Source of the DNA: an uncultured Chitinophaga sp.
GTDB lineage: Bacteria; Planctomycetota; Planctomycetia; Planctomycetales; Planctomycetaceae
Assembly: GCA_964517865.1 (NCBI GenBank)
Contig: CAZFDW010000001.1
Coordinates: 82 to 64,081, forward strand
Length of the DNA stretch: 64,000 nucleotides
Direction of reading: 5' to 3'
The position numbers were made by a program, and so were the translations under genes. Below the pieces are notes generated by a model. The model saw nothing but the letters and a program-made list of their open reading frames with translations, did not search any database and was not told the DNA's origin. Below, in pieces: positions 9,101-17,294 of the stretch (position 1 is its first letter; every line of letters starts with the position of its first letter).

Positions 9101-12100
9101 CGCGCTGGAGAATTGTCCGGTGGAGTGGGAATTCGCTTTCGGAGCTCCAGCAGCAAGCCACGGCTTCAGCAGTGAATCCGACATTTGCATTTGAGGCTGC
9201 CATCAACTCCTGTTACGACGTGAAACAGCGATATCGCCTTGCAATCGTGGCCGAGAATGCAGAAACGCTGAGCACAAAGCTTACGCTTGCCGCAAAGCAG
9301 CTGGCAAACTCAGGTGCTCAGGCCGTGCTGGCTGAGAAGGGGATTTTTGTCGGCGAAATCCCGGAAGTGAAGCCGCTGGTGGCTTTCCTGTTTCCGGGTC
9401 AGGGGTCTCAGTATGAAGGCATGCTGAAGTCACTGACGGATGAGTGTCCGGCAGCGGCAGCAACGTTGCGGGAAATCGACAGCATCCTGGCGCGACTTCA
9501 GTTGCCATCGTTCGCTGATTTGGCATGGAATGTGAGCAATGAACTGGGCGACGATGTCTGGAAAACACAGCTTTCGCTGCTGATCGCGGATACGATTGTC
9601 TATTCCGCTGTAATTTCTGCAGGAATACGCGCTGATCGTGTAGCAGGGCACAGCTTTGGCGAACTCGCCGCATTGGTTGCCGCTGGCAGCTGGACGTTTG
9701 AAGACGCACTTATTGCCACGAGTGGTCGCTGCGCTGCGATCAACGCCTGCAGAAATGCCAACGGTCTCCTCGTCTCGACTAACGCCGGAGCGTCAATCGC
9801 AGAGAACATCTGCAGCGAAAACTCGGGGCAGGTGTCAGTTTCTCACTTCAACGCGCCGGAGCAAACCGTCATCGGCGGTGAGGCGTCCGCGATTCAGCAG
9901 GTCGCGGAAGCACTGAAGGCACAGGGCTTCCTTGCGAAGATTCTCAACGTTCCGGCAGCATTCCACACGCCGTTGATGGAAGAAGTCAAAATCCCGTTTG
10001 GGCGATTTCTGCAGGACATTCCGCTGAGTCCGCCATCGATCCCGCTGTTGAGCAGCGTGACAAATCGCTACGTGGCAGATCCTGTGGACATTCGGGATAA
10101 CCTTGTCCTGCAAATGACCAGACCGGTCAACTATGTGGACCTCGCGACAAGATTGGCAGATGAAGGAATTGCCGCAATGGTCGAAGTCGGCCCGCGTCAG
10201 GTGCTGACCGGGCTGCATCGCCAGATTCTGAATGGCCGCACAATTGCGATTGTCGGCTGCGATCATCCCAAACGAAATGGAATGGAGCAACTGCTCTACG
10301 TCAGAGTCTGTCTGGAAGTTATTGGAGCCACTGATGTGTGGCCTGAAAAAACTCTTCCACAAATATTCGCCAACGCCGCACCTGCGATTGAGCTGCCTTT
10401 GAATGATCAGGCGGCAATGGGACAGACAGAGCCAGTCTCGGTGAACATTGATCGAAGCAATCCGGAGACAAGCCCTGCTGCGAGCGACAGGCAGATCGTT
10501 GATCACTTTGCACCGTCAGCAATGACGATGACCGGAACTTCTTTTGAGATGGGCCAACAACACGGTGTAGCCTATGCAAAATCGATTCGAACGGTGCTGC
10601 GTCGCTGTGCGGATCTTGCCGGATCGGCGTGGGATGAACTCGCCAGGATTGACGACGCTGTCGCTCAGGCGGAACAGTACTTTGGCGCATCAGGACTGGA
10701 GGAAATTCGCGGAATTGCTGACGGTGCGGGCGTTGCCGTTGGCGGCCTCATTGCACTCAACCTGAGGTTGTATCTCAACGCTTGTGCCGGAGGACTGCAT
10801 TTCGCTGTGTCCACTCAGGCGAATCCCGCTGGTGAAATGCTGCATGCGATGAATGAAGATCTGGCACGTGGCCTGAAGTTGAAAGATTGTCTTGTACGCA
10901 GCATTCAACTCCGGCGTCCTGTTACCGGAATTGCTCACATGACATTCGGTATCGCAGGACAAGTTGGAACTCTCAGCGGCATCAATGCGCATGGACTTGC
11001 TGTCAGCACGGCATCATTGGTGGATGTCGCACCGGAAAATATTCAGACGTCCGGACTACTCATTACCGTCGTCATCAGAAACATCCTTGAGCAGACAGCC
11101 GATCTGGATTCTGCTGTGGCCCTGCTGCGATCATCACGGCTCACCGGCGCCTGGACGTTGTGTCTCAGCCATCTGGCAACAGATCGAGTGTGTTTTGTCG
11201 AGTATGATGGCCAGGGAATGCGTGTTCAGCCACAATTGCAGCGGGCCATGGCTGCAAACCATCAGCAGTTAATGAACCACACCCGTCAATCATTTACGGA
11301 AAATGCACCTGCTCATTCAAGCAATCGATTGAATCGACTCCGGGAATTGCTGGACGCCACCACAGCGGTCGGAATGACTGTGGATAAAGCAAAGACAGTC
11401 CTGCGAGATCGCTTTGATCAGTCAGCGCCAAGAGAGGCCGAGTTACCAGGCCTGCATACCATTCAGCGGATCGATACGCAGATCAGCCTCGTGATGCAGC
11501 CTGCCAAGGCAGCTGTGTGGGTGACTGGTGGGCCGACTTCCAACGGCTTCCAGAATCAATTCACAAGGATCAGTCTGCAGAATCTGCTGCTTCAGTCTCC
11601 TGCTGAACCATTTGTTGTGCATGCACCATCAACACCCTCAGGAAAGAATCGTGCAGGTGTGAACAGTGAAATCCAACAAAAACAATTGTCGGAGGACTTT
11701 GCAAATGCAGCGGATCCTGTCCTGCCAGACGGAACAGTCGGTGTCTGCAGCCGATTTGTGATGCGAATGGTTCGGCAACCACTGGCGGCGGGCGAAAATA
11801 AGTCATTGGGGCCAGTCGGCAATGTCATCATTCTTGGACACAACAGGGCTGGTCAGGCATTGCATGCCAAACTCACTTCGCAGGGAGTCACAGCGTGTCT
11901 GCTGCCAGTGACTGAAGATCCGAGTGTCACAATCGCAGCCCTCGAAAATCTCTGGAAATCCGCCCCTGCTCCACATTTGTTCCTGATGACCGCCATGGAT
12001 GAACAGGCACAGACAGCGCTTGAGTCCGAAGTTTGGCGATCCCGTACGTCTCAGGGCGTAATGCTGCCGTATCTGGTTTGCCAGAGATGGTTTCAACTGA

Positions 12101-14211
12101 TGTCAGGAGCACGCCTTCTGAGTCAGGGATCATTGATTGCAGCCACATCATTGGGGGGTGACTTTGGATTCTCGGGCAACATTCGCGGGGTCGAAGGTGG
12201 TGCATTGACAGGGTTGGTCAAGGGCGTGCATCTGGAACTGGAGATGGGCCACCACGAAACACAATTTCATGCCAGAATTGTGGACAGTGCGAACTCCACA
12301 TCGCCGGAGGAACTCGCCCGATACCTTTGTCGGGAACTTGCCGTGCGTGATGACGAAATCGAAGTCGGCTACATGAATGGAATGCGGTATGTGGTGCGGC
12401 CGGTGGTTGAAACTGTCGGAAAATTAACGTCGAGGAAAATCTCTCCAGGTGCAAACGTCCTCATTACCGGCGGGGCTCGAGGAATCACGGCCGTTGTGGC
12501 GCGGGAACTTGGATTGCAGTTTGGCGCAAGACTGCAGTTGATCGGGTCATCACCGATTCCCGAAATTCCGGATGCGTTCCGTAACTCCTCCGAAGAACTG
12601 CGGCGCGAACTGAAAGCGATTGTCATGAAGGAGGCGCTGGCAGACCGCAGGAAGCCAATCGAGGCATGGGAACACTACGAGAAGGCGCTGGAACTTGACC
12701 GAACTCTCCGCGATTTCTCCGATGCCGGTATTCACGCCACATATCACGCCTGTGATATCAGCGATCGAGCCGCACTGTCGTGTCTGCTGGAGACCATCCG
12801 ATCCACTGACGGTCCGATCCAGGGCGTCATTCACGGCGCCGGTTTTGAACGGGCTACTCGATTCGACAAAAAGAAACCTGAACTTGTGGCGCGCACCGTA
12901 GCGGTTAAAGTTGATGGTGCCGCCAATCTGATGGCACTGACTCTCAATGATCCGGTGGAATTCTTTGCGGCATTCGGGTCTGTGAGTGGACGATTTGGCG
13001 GAGTCGGACAGACAGACTATTGTGTCGCCAATGATATGCTGGCCAAGTTAGTTGACTGGTATCGTCAGACACGTCCGGGAACAGTTGCCTCCACATTTCA
13101 TTGGCATGCGTGGGACGATGTGGGTATGGCTATGCGGCCTGAATCGAAGCATATCCGCAAAATGCATGACATTCGGTTCATGCCATCGCGTGAAGGAACA
13201 ATGCATCTGGTCGGAGAACTGCGAGCCGGCTTGCCGGAAGGTGAGATTCTGGTTACAGAACTGAAAACTTGTCGGGATCGATATACCCGCATCGCGCCAG
13301 CAACCGAAGGAGCGACATCAACGACGCCGGCAAAACTTCCGTTGATTGATGCGGTCATCTCCGAAATCCCTGGGAAAGAATTACTTGCGGAGTTGATACT
13401 CGATCCGTGCCAGGATGTATTCCTGAAACAGCACTTGTTCAAAGGCAAGCCATTGCTGCCTGTTGTGGTCGCAATCGAAGCACTTGTCGAAGCCGCAATT
13501 GAGCTCACTGGAAAATATGGCAAAGTTGCAGCTCTGCACAACATTGAGATTGTCAACGGTCTGCGATTCACCACAGACGAACCACAAACTGCACACGTGC
13601 GGGCAGTTGCTGATGGCGATCAGGTTCGCTGCGAATTGATGTGTGACTTCCGCAATCGTCGTGGCATTGTCCTTCAGCCCAACCGCCCCTATCTGCGAGC
13701 TGATGTTGTCTTTATGGAGACGCCCCCCAAACTGGCTTCCTGTACGACTCCATCGGTCTCAGAATGGCATGATGTCTGGTATCCGGAAGAAGACGTCGTC
13801 ATTTACCATGGACCGGTGTTCCGGAATCTGCGTCAGATCACCGTGGATGAACGCAGTGATGGCTGGGCGCGGCTGGTGGCTCCCTCACCGGACAACGTTG
13901 CCGGGGTTCGAGGCGGGGCGGGCTGGTGCGTGCCGTCAGCACTTCTGGATGGCTGCTTTTTCGCGTGTGGTGCTTTCCTTTGGTTTCTGCTCGAAGGTGT
14001 GGTTGCGATCCCGGCCGGGATCGGTGAAATCCGATTCGGTCGCCAGGCACGGGTTGGGGAGCAATGTCTGGCCCATATCCGATTTCGCGATCGCAAAGAT
14101 GACCAGGGGATATTTGACGTTGATTTGTATGGCGAAGACGGAGAGGCCATCCTGCAGGTAGAAGGATATCGAAACATGATTGTGGCGCAGGCGATTTCAA
14201 ATGTCCGTTGA
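6103..14211 (+). CDS. Iterative type I PKS / PUFA-synthase-like megasynthase: KS - CLF - AT - peptidase C45/AAT-like domain - KR - PS-type DH (no ACP)
   Basis: 2702-aa ORF with a GAGGAAA SD before the ATG. Domain motifs are listed in the sub-features. The stop overlaps the PPTase start. Confidence 0.9.
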   Translation: MSRFSEKPVAIIGMGCRLPGADNVDEFWQLLIEGRSALGELPPDRMDRELQYAPQKGIRTRSYSCLGGVAQEQQFSQIDCPVSQSLIDQSHSAHITLCTVAASACRDAGLNPYALPNRNVGVYVGHTPPSAHIGQVVYARMIAQTAEYLREIRELDQLPPGEKDAIIREIVHSVRKDYKAGDPLTRMRSYANHGPGLISQAFGLDGPSIAFDAACASSFRALGHGIRALQRGAVDMALIGGASYVHGDTLVVFSQAQTLSAVGSMPFDEKAAGLVAAGGYVVLALKTLERAMADGDSIQAVICGLGVSSDGKGKSLWAPRQEGQIEAISRAYGHGIEFRDLQYLEMHATSTQVGDATELAAMAKSAHGQFPPHTKIPIGSVKANIGHTLETAGIASLLKTVLAMKHGKIPPQINVQQLNSTVNWEELPFFVPTQALEWKRPAPNIPRMAAVNAFGIGGLNVHIAVREHLPVATSTHPVSSPPVKQLIAATDDNLSDEGALAIVGMGAIYPGARTIDHLWDVFREGRDQKSEVAPQRWKKNLAYDAASHELWKVPTATGGFINDYEYDWKRHKVPPKQIASADPLQFMLLDAADQALKDSGYDAKPFDRNRTGVIVGIVFGGEFADQLQAGLRLTDFQKRLSEALQNRGVATEKINQICAEYENILLEHMPALIDETGSFTASTLASRITKTFNLMGGAVALDAGDCSSLSAIECCADVLLAGDCDMMICASGQRAMGIPTFEGLKQHELLSVGEPHAPFDSRATGSVPGEGVGAVILKRLADAQRDGDRIHGIIRGLGVARSDSRREALRNALSRGLHSAGLTPQDIAFIEAGSSGVPDRDRDEILAIADVYGAESRPEPLPIGSVAGQMGNIGGGSGMASLIKAVSQLNHAEMSASVGLESPISELGDNAKIVRPCNAPSRIPPVNVNGRMFAGITSYANHHVAYHLIVEGATRVPMPAPSVKRPSLMARPAAQPCELRSPAVSPASPRVSSAWQPESSRWRIVRWSGNSLSELQQQATASAVNPTFAFEAAINSCYDVKQRYRLAIVAENAETLSTKLTLAAKQLANSGAQAVLAEKGIFVGEIPEVKPLVAFLFPGQGSQYEGMLKSLTDECPAAAATLREIDSILARLQLPSFADLAWNVSNELGDDVWKTQLSLLIADTIVYSAVISAGIRADRVAGHSFGELAALVAAGSWTFEDALIATSGRCAAINACRNANGLLVSTNAGASIAENICSENSGQVSVSHFNAPEQTVIGGEASAIQQVAEALKAQGFLAKILNVPAAFHTPLMEEVKIPFGRFLQDIPLSPPSIPLLSSVTNRYVADPVDIRDNLVLQMTRPVNYVDLATRLADEGIAAMVEVGPRQVLTGLHRQILNGRTIAIVGCDHPKRNGMEQLLYVRVCLEVIGATDVWPEKTLPQIFANAAPAIELPLNDQAAMGQTEPVSVNIDRSNPETSPAASDRQIVDHFAPSAMTMTGTSFEMGQQHGVAYAKSIRTVLRRCADLAGSAWDELARIDDAVAQAEQYFGASGLEEIRGIADGAGVAVGGLIALNLRLYLNACAGGLHFAVSTQANPAGEMLHAMNEDLARGLKLKDCLVRSIQLRRPVTGIAHMTFGIAGQVGTLSGINAHGLAVSTASLVDVAPENIQTSGLLITVVIRNILEQTADLDSAVALLRSSRLTGAWTLCLSHLATDRVCFVEYDGQGMRVQPQLQRAMAANHQQLMNHTRQSFTENAPAHSSNRLNRLRELLDATTAVGMTVDKAKTVLRDRFDQSAPREAELPGLHTIQRIDTQISLVMQPAKAAVWVTGGPTSNGFQNQFTRISLQNLLLQSPAEPFVVHAPSTPSGKNRAGVNSEIQQKQLSEDFANAADPVLPDGTVGVCSRFVMRMVRQPLAAGENKSLGPVGNVIILGHNRAGQALHAKLTSQGVTACLLPVTEDPSVTIAALENLWKSAPAPHLFLMTAMDEQAQTALESEVWRSRTSQGVMLPYLVCQRWFQLMSGARLLSQGSLIAATSLGGDFGFSGNIRGVEGGALTGLVKGVHLELEMGHHETQFHARIVDSANSTSPEELARYLCRELAVRDDEIEVGYMNGMRYVVRPVVETVGKLTSRKISPGANVLITGGARGITAVVARELGLQFGARLQLIGSSPIPEIPDAFRNSSEELRRELKAIVMKEALADRRKPIEAWEHYEKALELDRTLRDFSDAGIHATYHACDISDRAALSCLLETIRSTDGPIQGVIHGAGFERATRFDKKKPELVARTVAVKVDGAANLMALTLNDPVEFFAAFGSVSGRFGGVGQTDYCVANDMLAKLVDWYRQTRPGTVASTFHWHAWDDVGMAMRPESKHIRKMHDIRFMPSREGTMHLVGELRAGLPEGEILVTELKTCRDRYTRIAPATEGATSTTPAKLPLIDAVISEIPGKELLAELILDPCQDVFLKQHLFKGKPLLPVVVAIEALVEAAIELTGKYGKVAALHNIEIVNGLRFTTDEPQTAHVRAVADGDQVRCELMCDFRNRRGIVLQPNRPYLRADVVFMETPPKLASCTTPSVSEWHDVWYPEEDVVIYHGPVFRNLRQITVDERSDGWARLVAPSPDNVAGVRGGAGWCVPSALLDGCFFACGAFLWFLLEGVVAIPAGIGEIRFGRQARVGEQCLAHIRFRDRKDDQGIFDVDLYGEDGEAILQVEGYRNMIVAQAISNVR
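6124..7500 (+). other. Ketosynthase (KS) domain, catalytically intact
   Basis: VAIIGMGCRLPGA; active-site FDAACASSF (Cys codon 6745-6747); EMHATSTQVGD; GSVKANIGHTLETAG. Confidence 0.9.
7600..8958 (+). other. Chain-length-factor-like (KS-beta) domain
   Basis: Thiolase-fold paralog of the KS (LAIVGMGAIYPGA...). The Cys position reads ALDAGDCSS (Asp at the aligned Cys position). Both catalytic His motifs are replaced (IEAGSSGVPDRD; GSVAGQMGNIGGGSG). Confidence 0.8.
9379..10215 (+). other. Acyltransferase (malonyl-CoA:ACP type) domain
   Basis: FLFPGQGSQYEGM; GHSFGE (Ser codon 9652-9654); AFHTPLM. Confidence 0.9.
10500..11560 (+). other. Peptidase C45 / acyl-CoA:6-aminopenicillanic-acid acyltransferase (AAT)-like Ntn-hydrolase-fold domain embedded in the PKS
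   Basis: MTGTSFEMGQQHGVAYA...EEIRGIADGAGV...LNACAGGLHFAV...MLHAMNEDL...GIAGQVGTLSGINAHGLAVSTASL...VVIRNILEQTADLDSAVALL follows the C45/AAT family pattern. The candidate nucleophile Cys codon is at 10783-10785. Confidence 0.7.
11800..13150 (+). other. Ketoreductase (KR) domain including the N-terminal structural subdomain, catalytically intact
   Basis: VLITGGARGITAVVA Rossmann motif (about 12456-12490); GVIHGAGF; AVKVDGA (Lys); GSVSGRFGGVGQTDYCVAN (Tyr codon 13018-13020). Confidence 0.85.
13340..14208 (+). other. PKS-type (PS-DH, double hot-dog) dehydratase domain
   Basis: H-x3-G-x4-P motif HLFKGKPLLP (His codon 13432-13434); downstream ALLDGCFF motif. Confidence 0.8.
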
Positions 14212-14926
14212 GCAAACTGCCGTTCGATACGCATCATTCGAAGCGTTAAGGGCAACAGGTATCGACAATGCGTTGCCATGGCTGCGCGGTACAAATGAGC
14301 GTGCGGAACTGGAACGTCTGACTGCGGAATCACGCCAGCAGAACTGGAAGTGGGGCCGCATTCTCAGCAGGCAGCTTTTGCGGGATCACGGCGTGGTTCG
14401 CGAGTCTTCGAGCGAGCAGTTGGAAATCCTGTCCATCAACGCATTCGGGCAGAATGATCGCCCTGCTGTCTACATTGATGGAGTGCTGCAGGCCGTGTCG
14501 CTCTCAATTTCTCATTCTGACCGTGGCCTTCTGGTCGCGCTTAGCGCTGCGACGAGAGTTGGTGTTGATCTGGTAGACCTTGAACAGGAGCCGTTTGGTT
14601 CACTTTGGGTCTGGATGACGAATGCAGAGCGAGCCTGGATGAACCGAAACGATTTGCGGCAACAGGCCACGGTCTGGGCCGTGAAGGAGGCTGTGTATAA
14701 GGCACTGAACGAGGGTGAGTCATTCTCGCCGCTCAGTGTTGCGGTGGTGCGGGAAGTACACGGTCGATACTCGTGCTTTTACAAAGACAGGGATATGAGG
14801 TCGATTTGTCAAATACACATCCGTGAATTGGACAGCCACCTTGCCGCCGTCGTTGAATACGGAATTCCATTAGACAACGCAGATCGAGAGATGCGTCAGA
14901 AACTCGATGTCGATACTGCTGAGTGA
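14201..14926 (+). CDS. 4'-phosphopantetheinyl transferase (Sfp-type)
   Basis: RVGVDLVDLE and WAVKEAVYKAL motifs. ATG 14201 overlaps the PKS stop (14209-14211) by 11 nt. The ORF track begins at an in-frame TTG at 14180. Confidence 0.8.
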   Translation: MSVEQTAVRYASFEALRATGIDNALPWLRGTNERAELERLTAESRQQNWKWGRILSRQLLRDHGVVRESSSEQLEILSINAFGQNDRPAVYIDGVLQAVSLSISHSDRGLLVALSAATRVGVDLVDLEQEPFGSLWVWMTNAERAWMNRNDLRQQATVWAVKEAVYKALNEGESFSPLSVAVVREVHGRYSCFYKDRDMRSICQIHIRELDSHLAAVVEYGIPLDNADREMRQKLDVDTAE

Positions 14927-14989
14927 ACGGCGAATTGATGTGGACGCCGTTGTTTCCTGTCCTCAAACAAAGATTTGATAAAAACGCCG

Positions 14990-15940
14990 ATGAGTTTGCT
15001 GGAAGTCAATCGATTAAAGAAGTCCTTTGGCACGCATCTGGCGGTCGATGAAGTCAGCTTCACTGTCGGAAATGGCGAAATTCTCGGACTGCTGGGGCCG
15101 AACGGTGCCGGAAAGTCCACGACGATCATGATGCTGGCCGGACTCATTGAACCCGATTCAGGCAACATTGTGCTGGACGGTCACACACTGAGTCATTCGG
15201 ATCGGAAGTCGCGTCAGCAAATGGGAATTGTTCCTCAGGATCTGGCCATCTACCCCAATCTGACGGCCCGTGAAAACCTTCGTTTTTTTGGCGGACTCTA
15301 TGGACTCACCGGCTCTGACCTGCGAAGCCGCATTACCGAAGTGTTGTCACAAACAGGCCTGGCAGATCGGCAGAACGACCTGACGTGTGAATATTCCGGC
15401 GGCATGAAACGCAGGTTGAATTTCGGCGTCGCATTGTTACACCGTCCCCGACTGTTGATTCTGGATGAGCCAACGGTCGGTGTCGATCCGCAATCACGGG
15501 CGCATCTGCTGGATTGTGTGAGGCAACTTGCCAGCGGGGGAATGTCCGTCATCTACTGCAGCCACTACATGGAAGAAGTTCAGGAATTATGTGATCGCGT
15601 TGCCATTGTGGATCGTGGTCAGTTGCTGGCATGTGATCGCATTGATCGACTGCTTGGGGAACTGGGCTCGACGCTGCGGCTACATCTGGTTGATGCCTCC
15701 GGAGAACTGCGTGCCAGCCTGACAGGCATTCCGGGAGTCACTTTTCAGCAGTGCAAGGATCGCATAATTGCATCAATTGCGAGACGCAATCCGGATGAGA
15801 ATCAAACTCTGCTTAACACGCTGACAGCTGCATTGCAGGCTGTTAGGGACGCTGGCGGGCAACTGACGACTGTTGAGTCGGACGAACCAGACCTTGAACG
15901 ACTCTTCCTGCAAATGACCGGCACACGGCTGCGAGAATAA
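14990..15940 (+). CDS. ABC transporter ATP-binding protein (ABC-2/DrrA-like)
   Basis: Walker A GPNGAGKST, signature YSGGMKRRL, Walker B LLILDEPT. ATG at 14990; an in-frame TTG at 14975 is also possible. Confidence 0.9.
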   Translation: MSLLEVNRLKKSFGTHLAVDEVSFTVGNGEILGLLGPNGAGKSTTIMMLAGLIEPDSGNIVLDGHTLSHSDRKSRQQMGIVPQDLAIYPNLTARENLRFFGGLYGLTGSDLRSRITEVLSQTGLADRQNDLTCEYSGGMKRRLNFGVALLHRPRLLILDEPTVGVDPQSRAHLLDCVRQLASGGMSVIYCSHYMEEVQELCDRVAIVDRGQLLACDRIDRLLGELGSTLRLHLVDASGELRASLTGIPGVTFQQCKDRIIASIARRNPDENQTLLNTLTAALQAVRDAGGQLTTVESDEPDLERLFLQMTGTRLRE

Positions 15941-15942
15941 CG

Positions 15943-17226
15943 ATGCGATTCTGGAACATTGTACAAAAGGATGTCATCCTGCTGGTTCGTGACAGCCGCG
16001 CGCTGTTCGTCCTGGTCATATTTCCGCTCGTGTTCATCACGATCATCGGCTTGACGACCGGTAAGCTGCTGGGGTGGAAGAATGAGAATCAAATTTTGAA
16101 AATCGGTGTCATCGACAGGACGAATTACGCCGCATTGGAGGACGAAACCGATCGTCACCGGGCGCGCAACATGGCCATGAAGATGGTAAACGGAGTCCGC
16201 CGTGGAAAAAACCAGCGCGGCGAAATGCTCGATTCCAACTGTAAATTTCAGGAGTCACTGGAGAACGGCAGTCTGGATGCAGTGCTGGAGATCGGACCGG
16301 AGTTCTACGGTATTTATCAGACGCTGGAACCTGAAGATGCATCTTCCAGTGGTTCCGGAGTTCTGACGAAGGGACTTTTCGGCCTGGGAATGACATTACA
16401 TTCAAATCTGCCAGAGACTTCCGGCACACGTTCGATCATTGAACAGTTATTATTTGATCAGGCAATCAAAACCGTGTTGCCTTATGTGTTGTGTGACAAG
16501 TTTCACACGTCGAACGTGATGGTGAATGTCCAGATTCAGCGAAAACTGAATTGCCAGCAGTTGCGAACGGAAGTCGTAGAACTCCTTCCTCCCTCGGAAG
16601 AAACTGCTGATTCCTCCGGTGGCGACGACATGCTGTACACCGTTCTGATTCCTTCCTACACCGTGATGTTTGTGTTTTTCCTGATCAACATCATGGCACG
16701 TTCGTTCTTACAGGAGCGCGACCTCGGCACACTGCGCAGACTGCGATTTGCACCGATTTCCGATCCCGGACTTGTCGCCGGAAAAACTCTCCCCTTCCTG
16801 TTTATTTCCCTTGTCCAGACTGGACTGTTGTTTGTGAGCGGGAAGTTGCTTTTTGGAATGATCTGGGGGCCTGCGCCCTGGATGCTGATTCCTGTTATCT
16901 GTGCCACATCGCTGTCTGCAACTTCTCTGGGACTGCTTGTCGCTACGATAGTTCGCAGTGACTCGCAGGTCTCGGCCTACGCGAACATCATTGTTATTTC
17001 GATGGCAGGGTTTAGTGGTTGCTTCATGCCGCGTGTCTGGTTACCCGGGCCCATGCAGACCGGAAGTTTGATTTTTCCGCATGCGTGGGCGCTGATGGCG
17101 TATGAACAGTTGCTGGTCAAAAGAGTTCCTGATCTTGGTCTTGTATGGCAGTACTGCGGCGTACTTTTGCTCTTCTCTGCTGTCTGCTTTGTGGCCGGGT
17201 GCTGGCGGTTTCGGCATAATGACTAA
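15943..17226 (+). CDS. ABC-2 type transporter permease
   Basis: Starts 2 nt after the ATPase stop. One N-terminal TM, a large loop and a C-terminal cluster of TM helices are typical of ABC-2 permeases. Confidence 0.8.
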   Translation: MRFWNIVQKDVILLVRDSRALFVLVIFPLVFITIIGLTTGKLLGWKNENQILKIGVIDRTNYAALEDETDRHRARNMAMKMVNGVRRGKNQRGEMLDSNCKFQESLENGSLDAVLEIGPEFYGIYQTLEPEDASSSGSGVLTKGLFGLGMTLHSNLPETSGTRSIIEQLLFDQAIKTVLPYVLCDKFHTSNVMVNVQIQRKLNCQQLRTEVVELLPPSEETADSSGGDDMLYTVLIPSYTVMFVFFLINIMARSFLQERDLGTLRRLRFAPISDPGLVAGKTLPFLFISLVQTGLLFVSGKLLFGMIWGPAPWMLIPVICATSLSATSLGLLVATIVRSDSQVSAYANIIVISMAGFSGCFMPRVWLPGPMQTGSLIFPHAWALMAYEQLLVKRVPDLGLVWQYCGVLLLFSAVCFVAGCWRFRHND

Positions 17227-17294
17227 CCTCGACTCTGAATGCTCCCCGGACAGCCAGCAGCAGTGTGATGCCGCCTGACGATAAGCCGTTAAAA

